64,000 nucleotides of DNA from positions 1,350 to 65,349 of the forward strand of contig JBDRIO010000032.1 in NCBI GenBank assembly GCA_043815815.1. Reading direction: 5' to 3'. Position 1 is the first letter of the stretch; each line of letters starts with the position of its first letter. The stretch is from Candidatus Eiseniibacteriota bacterium. GTDB taxonomy: Bacteria > Joyebacterota > Joyebacteria > Joyebacterales > Joyebacteraceae. The position numbers and the translations under genes are program-made. Shown piece by piece: positions 21,681 to 30,700 of this stretch. Under the pieces are notes generated by a model. The model was given only the letters and a program-made list of their open reading frames with translations, searched no databases and was not told the origin of the DNA.

Positions 21681-22664
21681 ATGAAGGCTATCATCCCAGT
21701 GGCGGGGATCGGAACGAGACTCAGGCCGCACACGCACACGATCCCGAAGGCCCTCGTACAGGTCGCCGGCAAGCCGATCCTGGGGCACATCCTCGACGAA
21801 CTCAAGCCGCTGGGGATCACGGAGGTCGTGCTCGTCACGGGCTACATGGGGGAGAGGGTCAAGGAGTACGTGGCGGAGGCACATCCCGATCTCGACGCTT
21901 GCTACGTCGACCAGGAGGAGCGGAAGGGGCTGGGGCACGCCATCTACCTCGCGCGGGAATGCGTGGACGGCGGGCCTGTCCTCATCGTGCTCGGTGACAC
22001 CATCGTGGCGGCCGACTTCTCGGCCTTCGTCGGCGGTGACCGCACACTGATCGGGGTCAAGGAGGTCGACGACCCCCGACGGTTCGGCATCGTGGAGGTG
22101 CACGAAGGACGCGTCAAGAGCCTCATCGAGAAGCCCGACGATCCGCCGTCGAACCTCGCCATCGTCGGCCTCTACTACATCGTGAACTCGAACCTGCTCT
22201 TCGAGTGTCTGAGCGAGATCGTCGAGCGCGACATCAGAACGAAGGGCGAGTACCAGTTGACCGACGCGCTCATACTGATGCTGGAGCGCGGAGAGGACAT
22301 GGGCGCGTTCGCGGTGGAGGGATGGCACGACTGCGGTCTGCCCGAGACGCTGCTCGCCACCAACCGTTTCCTGCTCGACAGGTCCGGCGGGAACGGGGGC
22401 GAGCACCCCGGCTCCATTATCATCCCTCCCGTCTCGATCGACGCGACGGCCCTGGTGGAACACTCGATCGTGGGACCGTACGTGTCGATAGCGGCGGGCT
22501 CCATGGTTCGGGAGTCCGTCGTCAGGGACAGCATTCTGAACGCCAATTCCACGGTGGAGCGCAGCCTGCTCACGGACTCGCTGGTCGGCGAGGGCGCGCG
22601 CGTCAGAGGCAGCTATCGAAAGCTCAACGTGGGCGATTCGTCGGAGATAGAGATAGTGGGATGA
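21681..22664 (+). CDS. sugar-1-phosphate nucleotidyltransferase with C-terminal left-handed beta-helix
   Basis: MKAIIPVAGIGTRLRPHTHTIPKALVQVAGKPILGHILDEL (the G-x-G-T-R-L NTP-transferase motif), followed by hexapeptide-like repeats at the C-terminus. Confidence 0.8.
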   Translation: MKAIIPVAGIGTRLRPHTHTIPKALVQVAGKPILGHILDELKPLGITEVVLVTGYMGERVKEYVAEAHPDLDACYVDQEERKGLGHAIYLARECVDGGPVLIVLGDTIVAADFSAFVGGDRTLIGVKEVDDPRRFGIVEVHEGRVKSLIEKPDDPPSNLAIVGLYYIVNSNLLFECLSEIVERDIRTKGEYQLTDALILMLERGEDMGAFAVEGWHDCGLPETLLATNRFLLDRSGGNGGEHPGSIIIPPVSIDATALVEHSIVGPYVSIAAGSMVRESVVRDSILNANSTVERSLLTDSLVGEGARVRGSYRKLNVGDSSEIEIVG

Positions 22665-22711
22665 GACGCAGCGTCTCTCCCTGGTCCTGATTAGAACGAT
22701 AGGAGGTCGGT

Positions 22712-23845
22712 TTGGGCAGGCACCTTTTCACCTCGGAGTCGGTCACCGAAGGGCACCCGGACAAGGTGGCCGATCAGATATCCGACGCGATCCTGGACGC
22801 GATCCTCGAGATGGACCCGAAGGGCCGTGTGGCGTGTGAGACGCTCGTGACGACGGGTCTGGCGTTCGTGTCGGGTGAGATCACGACGGAGGCGTACGTG
22901 GGCATCCCCTCGATCGTGCGGAACACGATCGAGGAGATCGGCTACACGACGGCGGCCTACGGATTCGACTACGAGACGTGCGCGGTGCTCTCGTCGATAG
23001 ACGAGCAGTCGGGCGACATCTGGATGGGTGTGGAGAGTGGCGGCGCCGGGGACCAGGGGATGATGTTCGGCTACGCGACCTGTGAGACGCCCGAACTCAT
23101 GCCCATGCCTATCCACCTGGCCCATCTGCTCGCGAGACGGCTGGCCGAGGTCAGGAAGCAGAAGGTCCTCGACTACCTGAGGCCGGACGGCAAGACGCAG
23201 GTGACCGTCGAGTACGAGGACGGGAAGCCCGTGGCGGTCACGACCGTGGTCGTCTCCTCGCAGCACGACCACGACGTAGACATGGGGCAGATGTCGCTCG
23301 ACATCAAGAAGCACGTGGTCGACCCGGTGCTGCCGAAGGAGCTGGTGCCCGACGGGTACCGCCTCCTCGTGAATCCCACGGGGCGATTCGAGATGGGCGG
23401 TCCGCACGCGGACTGCGGTCTCACGGGTCGCAAGATCATCGTAGACACGTACGGCGGGCTCGGAAGCCACGGCGGCGGCTGTTTCTCAGGCAAGGACCCG
23501 ACGAAGGTCGACCGGTCCGCGTCGTACGCGGCACGCCACGTCGCCAAGAACCTGGTGGCGGCTGGTCTCGCCGACCGCTGCGAGATCCAGCTCGCTTACG
23601 CGATCGGCATTCCCGAGCCGGTCTCCATCATGGTCGATTCGCTCGGCACCGGCACGGTGAGCGACGAGGACCTCGTCGCGCTCGTTGAGAAGCACTTCGA
23701 TCTGCACCCGCTCGCCATCATCGAGCGGCTCGATCTGCGCCGGCCGATCTACAGGCAGACGGCGTCGTACGGTCACTTCGGCCGGGAGGAGCCCGACTTC
23801 ACGTGGGAGCGGCTCGACAAGGTCGACGACCTCAAGCGGGGTTAA
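22712..23845 (+). CDS. metK: S-adenosylmethionine synthase
   Basis: [27 protein letters not shown]...[12 protein letters not shown]...[25 protein letters not shown] start after AGGAGG. Confidence 0.97.
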   Translation: MGRHLFTSESVTEGHPDKVADQISDAILDAILEMDPKGRVACETLVTTGLAFVSGEITTEAYVGIPSIVRNTIEEIGYTTAAYGFDYETCAVLSSIDEQSGDIWMGVESGGAGDQGMMFGYATCETPELMPMPIHLAHLLARRLAEVRKQKVLDYLRPDGKTQVTVEYEDGKPVAVTTVVVSSQHDHDVDMGQMSLDIKKHVVDPVLPKELVPDGYRLLVNPTGRFEMGGPHADCGLTGRKIIVDTYGGLGSHGGGCFSGKDPTKVDRSASYAARHVAKNLVAAGLADRCEIQLAYAIGIPEPVSIMVDSLGTGTVSDEDLVALVEKHFDLHPLAIIERLDLRRPIYRQTASYGHFGREEPDFTWERLDKVDDLKRG

Positions 23846-23861
23846 CTCAGGGAGACTCGAT

Positions 23862-25118
23862 ATGCAGCACGACGTAGCCGACACGGGCCTCGCTCGGAAG
23901 GGCAGGGACCGGACCGAGTGGGCGGCGCAGAGCATGCCCGTTCTCAGGAGCATCGCGGAGCGCTTCGCTCGCGAGCGGCCGCTCGAGGGAGTCGTGATGA
24001 GCGGCTGCATGCACGTCACGACCGAGACCGCCAACCTCATGATCACGCTTGCGGCGGGTGGCGCCAGGCCCGCCCTGTGCGCGTCGAACCCGCTCTCGAC
24101 GCAGGACGACGTCGCGGCGCACCTCGCGGTCGACCACGGGATCCCCGTCTTCGCAGTCCGCGGCGAGGACAACGAGCGGTACTACTCGCACATCAGATCG
24201 GTCCTCGAGCTCGGTCCCACCATCACGATGGACGACGGGGCCGACCTCGTCTCCACGATACACAAGGAGAACCGCGAGCTCATCGGGGGCCTCATGGGCA
24301 GCATGGAGGAGACGACGACGGGCGTCATCCGCCTCAAGGCGATGCACGCCGACGGGGCCCTGGAGGTCCCGGTCCTCGCGGTGAACGACGCGAACACGAA
24401 GCACATGTTCGACAACCGATACGGAACGGGTCAGAGCACGATAGACGGCGTGCTTCGCTCGACGAACGCGTTGATCGCCGGCTCGACCTTCGTCATCGCG
24501 GGATATGGATGGTGCGGGAGAGGCCTGGCGTGCAGAGCCAGGGGCATGGGCGCGTCCGTCATCGTGACCGAGGTCGACCCGTTGCGCGCGCTCGAGGCCG
24601 TGATGGACGGGTTCCGCGTGGCCAGGATGGACGACGCCGCGCGTGTCGGCGACATCTTCGTGACGGTCACCGGCGACATACATGTGATCGTCGGCAGACA
24701 CTTCGAGTCGATGAAGGACGGGGCCATCGTGGCGAACTCGGGTCACTTCGACGTCGAGATCGACAAGGAGGCGCTCAAAGGGCTCGCGAGCGAGGTCAGG
24801 TCGCCCCGGGAGAGCGTCGAGACGTACGTCCTGAAGGGCGGTAAGCGCGTGAACCTGCTCGGGCAGGGGAGACTCATAAACCTCTCAGGAGCGGAGGGGC
24901 ACCCCGCGTCCGTGATGGACATGAGCTTCGCGAACCAGGCGCTGTGCAGCGAATACCTCGTTCGGCTGCCGCGGAGGCTCGCGCCGGGCGTGCACAGGGT
25001 TCCAGAGGACATCGACGCCGAGGTGTCTCGGCTCAAGCTCGCCGCGATGGACGTGGCGATAGACACTCTCACCGACGAGCAGCGGAAGTACCTGTCGTCG
25101 TGGCAGATGGGCACGTAG
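23862..25118 (+). CDS. ahcY: adenosylhomocysteinase
   Basis: [24 protein letters not shown]...[12 protein letters not shown]...[18 protein letters not shown]...[10 protein letters not shown]...GHFDVEID...GRLINL. Confidence 0.95.
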   Translation: MQHDVADTGLARKGRDRTEWAAQSMPVLRSIAERFARERPLEGVVMSGCMHVTTETANLMITLAAGGARPALCASNPLSTQDDVAAHLAVDHGIPVFAVRGEDNERYYSHIRSVLELGPTITMDDGADLVSTIHKENRELIGGLMGSMEETTTGVIRLKAMHADGALEVPVLAVNDANTKHMFDNRYGTGQSTIDGVLRSTNALIAGSTFVIAGYGWCGRGLACRARGMGASVIVTEVDPLRALEAVMDGFRVARMDDAARVGDIFVTVTGDIHVIVGRHFESMKDGAIVANSGHFDVEIDKEALKGLASEVRSPRESVETYVLKGGKRVNLLGQGRLINLSGAEGHPASVMDMSFANQALCSEYLVRLPRRLAPGVHRVPEDIDAEVSRLKLAAMDVAIDTLTDEQRKYLSSWQMGT

Positions 25119-25149
25119 CGCGGCAGCTTCGATGCTCGACGCGGTCATG

Positions 25150-25185
25150 GGCGGCGGGCCCTCAGGGCGCGCCGCCTTCCCTTTG
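25150..25185. terminator. hairpin between convergent ahcY and lptG-like genes
   Basis: GGCGGCG (25150-25156) pairs with CGCCGCC (25170-25176), with an inner GGCCC/GGGC stem, followed by TTCCCTTTG. Confidence 0.5.
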
Positions 25186-25205
25186 TCGTCACGTTCGGGC
25201 GAGGG

Positions 25206-26279
25206 CTACTTGGGGGCCCGCGCCAGCAGCCACACGCCGACGCCGGCGAAGACGATGTTGGCGACCCACGCCGCGAGGGCCGGAGTGAGCACGCCCTGCC
25301 GGCCGAGGACCTGTCCGACCTGGAGCAGGCCGTAGTAGAGGAACGAGATGGCGAGAGCGGAAGTGAAGGAGAGCGCGAACCCGGTGCGTCTGGCGCCGGC
25401 CGCGATCGGGGCGCCGAGCATCGTCATGATGAGCGTCACGAAGGGAAAAGCGATCTTGAGGTGCAGGTTGACGGGCAGGTCCTCGGGACTGTGCCCGCTG
25501 GCTGAGAGACGCTGGATGTAGGCCCTGAGCTCCCGGTAGCCCATCTCCTCCGGCTGCAGCCTGCGGCGCTTCAGGTCGTCGGGCGTCGGCTCGGAGTAGG
25601 GAAGCTCGTAGGTGTCGAACTGTCTCGTCCTCTCGGTCCCATCCGTGAACTCGCGGGCGAGACCGTTCTCGAGCTGCCACCGCTCGCCGTCCCATCTGCC
25701 GAACTCGGCGTCTATGCGCAGCACCGGTCTCACGTCGGCGTCGAACTCCTCCACGGTCACACCCTCGACGGTCTCCCTGCGTGTGTTGAGGCGCCTCGCG
25801 AGAAACACGGCGCCGTCGGGCCGCACGTAGATGATGTTGTTCCGGGTCACCTGTCCCGGGGACTTCTTGATGTGTTCTTCCTCTATCTCGAGCCTCGTCG
25901 AGGTCGCCTGCGGGAGAACGAACTCGGCGACCGCCATGCTCACGAGGCTCAGGAAGAACGCCAGCAGGAAGTGCGGGGCGAGCATCCGGGGCAATGAGAT
26001 CCCGCCACCCTTGATCGCCATGATCTCCCGTCTCCTGGCGAGCCCTCCGACCGACAGGAGCACGGCCAGGAGCATGGCCACGGGCATCGTCAGGACGACG
26101 ATGAGGGGCAGGTAGTGCAGGTAGTAGGAGAGCACTATCCCGAGCTGAACGCTGTTGTCGATGAATGTGTGCGCATGGTCGAACAGGTCGACCAGAATGA
26201 AGATGCCGACGAACGCCGCGAAGACGAGTCCGAGCGGCTTCAGGGCCCTGCGAAGGAGATACCCGTCGAGTATCCTCAT
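25206..26279 (-). CDS. lptG: LPS export ABC permease, LptF/LptG (YjgP/YjgQ) family
   Basis: Start taken at the internal ATG giving MRILDGYLLRRALKPLGLVFAAFVGIFILVDLFDH, the typical YjgP/YjgQ N-terminus. Six-TM layout with a periplasmic beta-jellyroll segment. The LptF versus LptG assignment is arbitrary. Confidence 0.75.
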   Translation of the reverse strand: MRILDGYLLRRALKPLGLVFAAFVGIFILVDLFDHAHTFIDNSVQLGIVLSYYLHYLPLIVVLTMPVAMLLAVLLSVGGLARRREIMAIKGGGISLPRMLAPHFLLAFFLSLVSMAVAEFVLPQATSTRLEIEEEHIKKSPGQVTRNNIIYVRPDGAVFLARRLNTRRETVEGVTVEEFDADVRPVLRIDAEFGRWDGERWQLENGLAREFTDGTERTRQFDTYELPYSEPTPDDLKRRRLQPEEMGYRELRAYIQRLSASGHSPEDLPVNLHLKIAFPFVTLIMTMLGAPIAAGARRTGFALSFTSALAISFLYYGLLQVGQVLGRQGVLTPALAAWVANIVFAGVGVWLLARAPK

Positions 26280-27595
26280 TGCGAAGGCTCCGTGGGCGCG
26301 GGACCGCGGGGGGCGCGGAGCGCGAAGTCGATGGCGCGCGTCAAGGGACTCGTGCGCCAGTCGAACGACGCGGACATCGTCAGGAAGAGCCCCACGCCGC
26401 CGAACAGAACGTTGGGTGCCCACATGGACCAGAACGGGGAGACGAGACCCCTGTCGCCGAGCTGTTCGCCGCCGATCAGGAAGAGATAGTAGATGAGGAA
26501 GAACAGGATGCCGATGCCGGCGCCGATCCCGACGCCGCCGCGCCTGCTGCGTATCCCGAGCGGGGCGCCCAGGAGGACGAAGATCACGCACGAGAAGGGG
26601 ATCGAGAACTTCTTGTGGTACTCGACCTCGAGCTTGGTCGCCTTCCGGAGCGCGCTCTGCGCTTTGCGCGTCTCCGACTCGGCGTCCCTCGACGCCTTCG
26701 TGCCGTCGGCCGATGGGTCGGCGTCGGGAGACTCCGCGGGCGCGCTCAGGAGGGCCGCCGCCCGCCCGAGGGACTCCGCGGCATCGGCTCTGTTGGCGAC
26801 GATCTGCTCCCTGAGCTCCGACACGGACATCTCCCTGTCGCCGCGCTTGGCCCTGTCCGTGCGGACGAGTTCAGTCGTGCCCTGCTCGACGTTGATCGTG
26901 TGCTTCTCGAATAGCAGGCGGCTGTATCTCGTCGGATCATCCGGGTCGAGCTCGTGGATCTCGCCGTCCAGGAGCTGGATCCGGATGGTCTGGTCGTCCC
27001 CGCTCGTCGCTATCGTCCCCCTCTTCGCGACGATGGTCTGAAGCGGGTCGTCGCCCTCCATCCGGTGGATCCTCACGTCGAATATCTCGGACGTCGCGGA
27101 GTCGAGGCCTCCCACGATGATCCGGTAGCCCTCGGGCAGCTTGACCATGATGCCCGGCTCGACGGTGGCGAGAGGGCGGATCCTGTGGATGTCCACCATG
27201 AGGGCCTTCAGCCGGTGGTTGGCCGTGGGCAGGAACCGGTCCCCGAAGAAGAAGACCCCGGCGGCCACGATGAGCGACGCCAGGAGAACGGGCGCGATGA
27301 GCGAGAACACGCCCACGCCCGTCGCCCGGGCGGCGGTTATCTCGTTGTCTCCCGACAGCCTCCCGAAGGCGGTCAGGACGCTGACCATCACGGACATGGG
27401 GACGGCGAGGAGCGTCATCCACGCCAGGCTCAGCCCGAACGCCTCCAGGACGGCGAACCCGGGCACGCCCTTGGCGATGAACAGGTCGAGATAGTCGACG
27501 ATGAAGTCCATCGACAGGACGAAGTAGAAGATGGCAAGTCCGGCCGCGGCGGGTGCCAGGTGGGCGCGGAGGACATATCTGGACAGGATGCTCAT
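26276..27595 (-). CDS. lptF: LPS export ABC permease, LptF/LptG (YjgP/YjgQ) family, with extended charged insert
   Basis: Start at the internal ATG giving MSILSRYVLRAHLAPAAAGLAIFYFVLSMDFIVDYLDLF. The stop overlaps the downstream permease start. Confidence 0.75.
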   Translation of the reverse strand: MSILSRYVLRAHLAPAAAGLAIFYFVLSMDFIVDYLDLFIAKGVPGFAVLEAFGLSLAWMTLLAVPMSVMVSVLTAFGRLSGDNEITAARATGVGVFSLIAPVLLASLIVAAGVFFFGDRFLPTANHRLKALMVDIHRIRPLATVEPGIMVKLPEGYRIIVGGLDSATSEIFDVRIHRMEGDDPLQTIVAKRGTIATSGDDQTIRIQLLDGEIHELDPDDPTRYSRLLFEKHTINVEQGTTELVRTDRAKRGDREMSVSELREQIVANRADAAESLGRAAALLSAPAESPDADPSADGTKASRDAESETRKAQSALRKATKLEVEYHKKFSIPFSCVIFVLLGAPLGIRSRRGGVGIGAGIGILFFLIYYLFLIGGEQLGDRGLVSPFWSMWAPNVLFGGVGLFLTMSASFDWRTSPLTRAIDFALRAPRGPAPTEPSQ

Positions 27596-27673
27596 GTCGG
27601 GTCCGTGGACAGGGAGCGCCTGGTCAAGGCGACCGGGCCCGCGTGGAGAACCGTCAACAGGCTCAGGCAACCG

Positions 27674-27701
27674 TTGGCTTCTCGCGAAAACAAGATATAC
27701 T
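27674..27701 (+). promoter_or_regulatory. candidate sigma-70 promoter for the sprA-like gene
   Basis: TTGGCT (27674-27679), 16-nt spacer, TATACT (27696-27701). Lies about 90 nt upstream of the ATG at 27793. Confidence 0.4.
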
Positions 27702-27792
27702 ACCATAAGCTGAAACGCCGCAACACGATTCGGGGCAGGTCCCCGGCGCAGGGACGAGTCCGACCTGCGGTGGGGAGCTGCGGAGTTGCTGA

Positions 27793-30700
27793 ATGCCCAA
27801 GACCGTAGCGACGCGCCACCTCAAAGTCGTGACTGCCGTCGCGCTCCTGGTATTCATGTCCGCGAGCGTCGTCCTCTGTGAGGACGAGCCGGCCGCGCCC
27901 GGAACGTACGCTCCGCCGCCGGACTCGCTGGAGTTCCCGGAGGCCGACGTGCGCCTCCGTCTCGCCGTGCCTCCGCCGGCCGGAGCCACGGACTCCCTCT
28001 CGATCGCCCCGGACGACACTGTCGGAACGGCCGGGGGCGCCCCGCGGGCGTCTTCGGTGCCCGACTCGCTCGCGGCGGCGGCACCCGACTCGCTCGCGGC
28101 ATCGGTGCCCGACTCTCTCACGGCAGCCGTGCCCGACTCGCTCTCAGGAGAGGCGCCTGACACCACGGCGGTTCCACGCCCGCTGCCGCCGGTTCTGCTG
28201 GGCGGAGTGGGCTTTCGCGTTCCATTCAAGCACTCGATGTCGTTCGTCCGGCCGTGGACGGCCAGACAGCCGCTTCCCGGCCGCGGCCTTCGTCCCGGCG
28301 TCCCGCGCGCGACGTGGGACCAGCTCCGCAACATGCCCTTCGAGCGGATGATCGAGATCGACCTCGAGACCGAGACGGTATACGTGGTCACTGAGGCCGG
28401 CGATCACCTGGCGTACGCGACCTTCGTGACCGACCTCCCGGAGTTCCGGCGGAGCGCAGGACGGGAGGAGGTGCGGGCGCGTTGGCGTTCGGCCGTTCTG
28501 CCCACGCTCGGGAGCAGCGGATCGGAGCAGGCGGGCGGGTTCCTCGACATCGACATCCCGATGCCTCTGCCGGGACCGTTCGTGCGGGCCATCGGACCCG
28601 GCGCCAACCTCAAGGTGAGGGGCAGCGAGAGGATCACGTTCGGCGGCCAGACGAGCTACGTCGTCGACGCGCTCGACCAGGAGTCCGGTCCCGCGTCGCG
28701 TTTCCCGCAGCTCGACATGGAGCAGCAGCTCTCGGTCAACCTCGAGGGTACGATCGGGCGGAAGATACACGTGTACGTCGATCACCGCAGCGGCGGGGAC
28801 GCCTTCAGCACGAGCAAGGCCAACCAGATCCGCGTCCGCTACGAGGGCGACGAGGACGAGATCATCCAGCGCATCGAACTCGGAGAGGTGAACCTCTCGC
28901 TCCCGGGGACCGAGTTCGTGAGCTACAGCGGCCACCACGAGGGGCTCTTCGGCGCGAAGCTGACGGGCAAGATCGGGAAGCTCGACTTCGTGACGATCGC
29001 GAGCAAGGAGGAGGGCAAGTCGGCCGGGGCCAGCTTCGCAGGAGGTGCGGAGTCCGACTCGCTCGTCATCAACGACATTCAGTACAAGGCCAACACGTTC
29101 TACGCTCCCGACAGCTCGATACTCAAGACGACCGAGGAGTTCCGCAACCTCGTGGTGTACGTCGACGACCGCGACGGCTCGAACGACATCGAGACCGGAG
29201 CGGTGCAGGGGCGCGCCTTCCTCGATTCTCCCGCCGACACCGCCGCGCCGGGCGGCGTCTACCAGCTGGGCCGTTTCGACGAGCTCATCGAGCTCGAGGA
29301 CTACGTTCTCCCGACGGACAAGTTCGGTGTCCAGGTCGGGATCCTCGAGTTCCTGAGACCCATCTCCGAGAATAGCGTCATGGCCGTCCGGTACGAGACG
29401 AGCCAGGGCAGGGTCGTGGGAGGTGTGGGCGCCAACGGGAAGCTCCGTCTCAAGATGGTGAAGAAGGACGGCGGCGTCGACCAGGACTGGGAACCGATAC
29501 GCAGCCGCGAACTCAAGAACGTATACGACCTGGGCGCGGACGACATCCCTGAGCTGGGCTTCGAACTGAAGATCAGGAAGAGGAGTTCCACGGGCGAGGA
29601 CCTCGACGTCAACGCTCAGGGCGTGCCCTATCTCCAGTTGCTTGGGCTCGACTCCCACGACCTGTCGGGCAACCCGACGCCGGACAACATCGTGGACTTC
29701 GAGTACGTCGACTTCGAGAACGGATACCTCGTCTTCCCCCACTACACGCCGTTCTGTCCCGCCTACGACGAGAACGATAACTTCTACTACAACGCCGGCG
29801 ACACGCTCCACTACCAGGCATTCGCGCGCGGCCTCGACCCGTACAACTGCTTCGTCTACTCGAAGGAGACGTTCGACCCCAGCGACGACGTCTACTACGT
29901 TCAGGTCAACTACGACCGGCCGAAGACGACGTTCACTCTCGGGCACATCAACATCATAGAGAACAGCGAGGTCGTTCGCGTGAACGGCGTGCGGCTCACG
30001 CGCGGGACCGACTACACGATCTACTACCCGGCCGGTCAGCTGACGCTTCTGGCCGAGGAGGCGAAGGACCCCGAGGCCAAGGTCACCGTCGACTACGACT
30101 ACAAGCCGTTCGGAGTGGGCGGAGAGAAGACCCTCCTCGGAGCGCGCGGCGTCTACAACTGGAGCGAGAACATCCAGCTGGGCACCACGTGGATGTACCA
30201 GAGCAAGGGCACTCCGGACGACAGACCGCGGCTCGGAGAGGAGCCGTCGCGTACCGTCGTGGGGGACGTCAACCTGGCCGCCGACTTCCAGCCCGATTTC
30301 ATGACCCGAATGGCCGACGCGATCCCGCTCGTCGACACGGACGCGCCCTCTCACCTCAAGATATCGGCGGAGACCGCGGTCAGCATCCCGGAGCCCAACA
30401 CGAAGGGCTTCGTGTCGATCGACGACATGGAGGGGGTGGAGAGCATCGCGGCGCTCGGCGTCTCGCGCAGGCTGTGGGTGCCGTCGAGCATTCCGGTCGA
30501 CGAGGCGGGGGCGGAGGCCGTCGCCGCCGCCGACCGCGAGTACATCAACTGGTACAACCCCGACAGGCTCGTGAGACGGGGCGAGCTCTTCCCGTACCTG
30601 CCGGACCAGGAGTTCGACGACATCCACACGGTCCTCGCGCTCAGGGACTACCACGCGGACACCGTGGCTGAGCCGTGGGGTGGCGGAGACTGGGCCGGCC

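Noticed and set aside
22665-22711. A SAM riboswitch upstream of metK.
   Set aside because: The intergenic region is only 47 nt, too short for any SAM riboswitch class, and no conserved core was seen.
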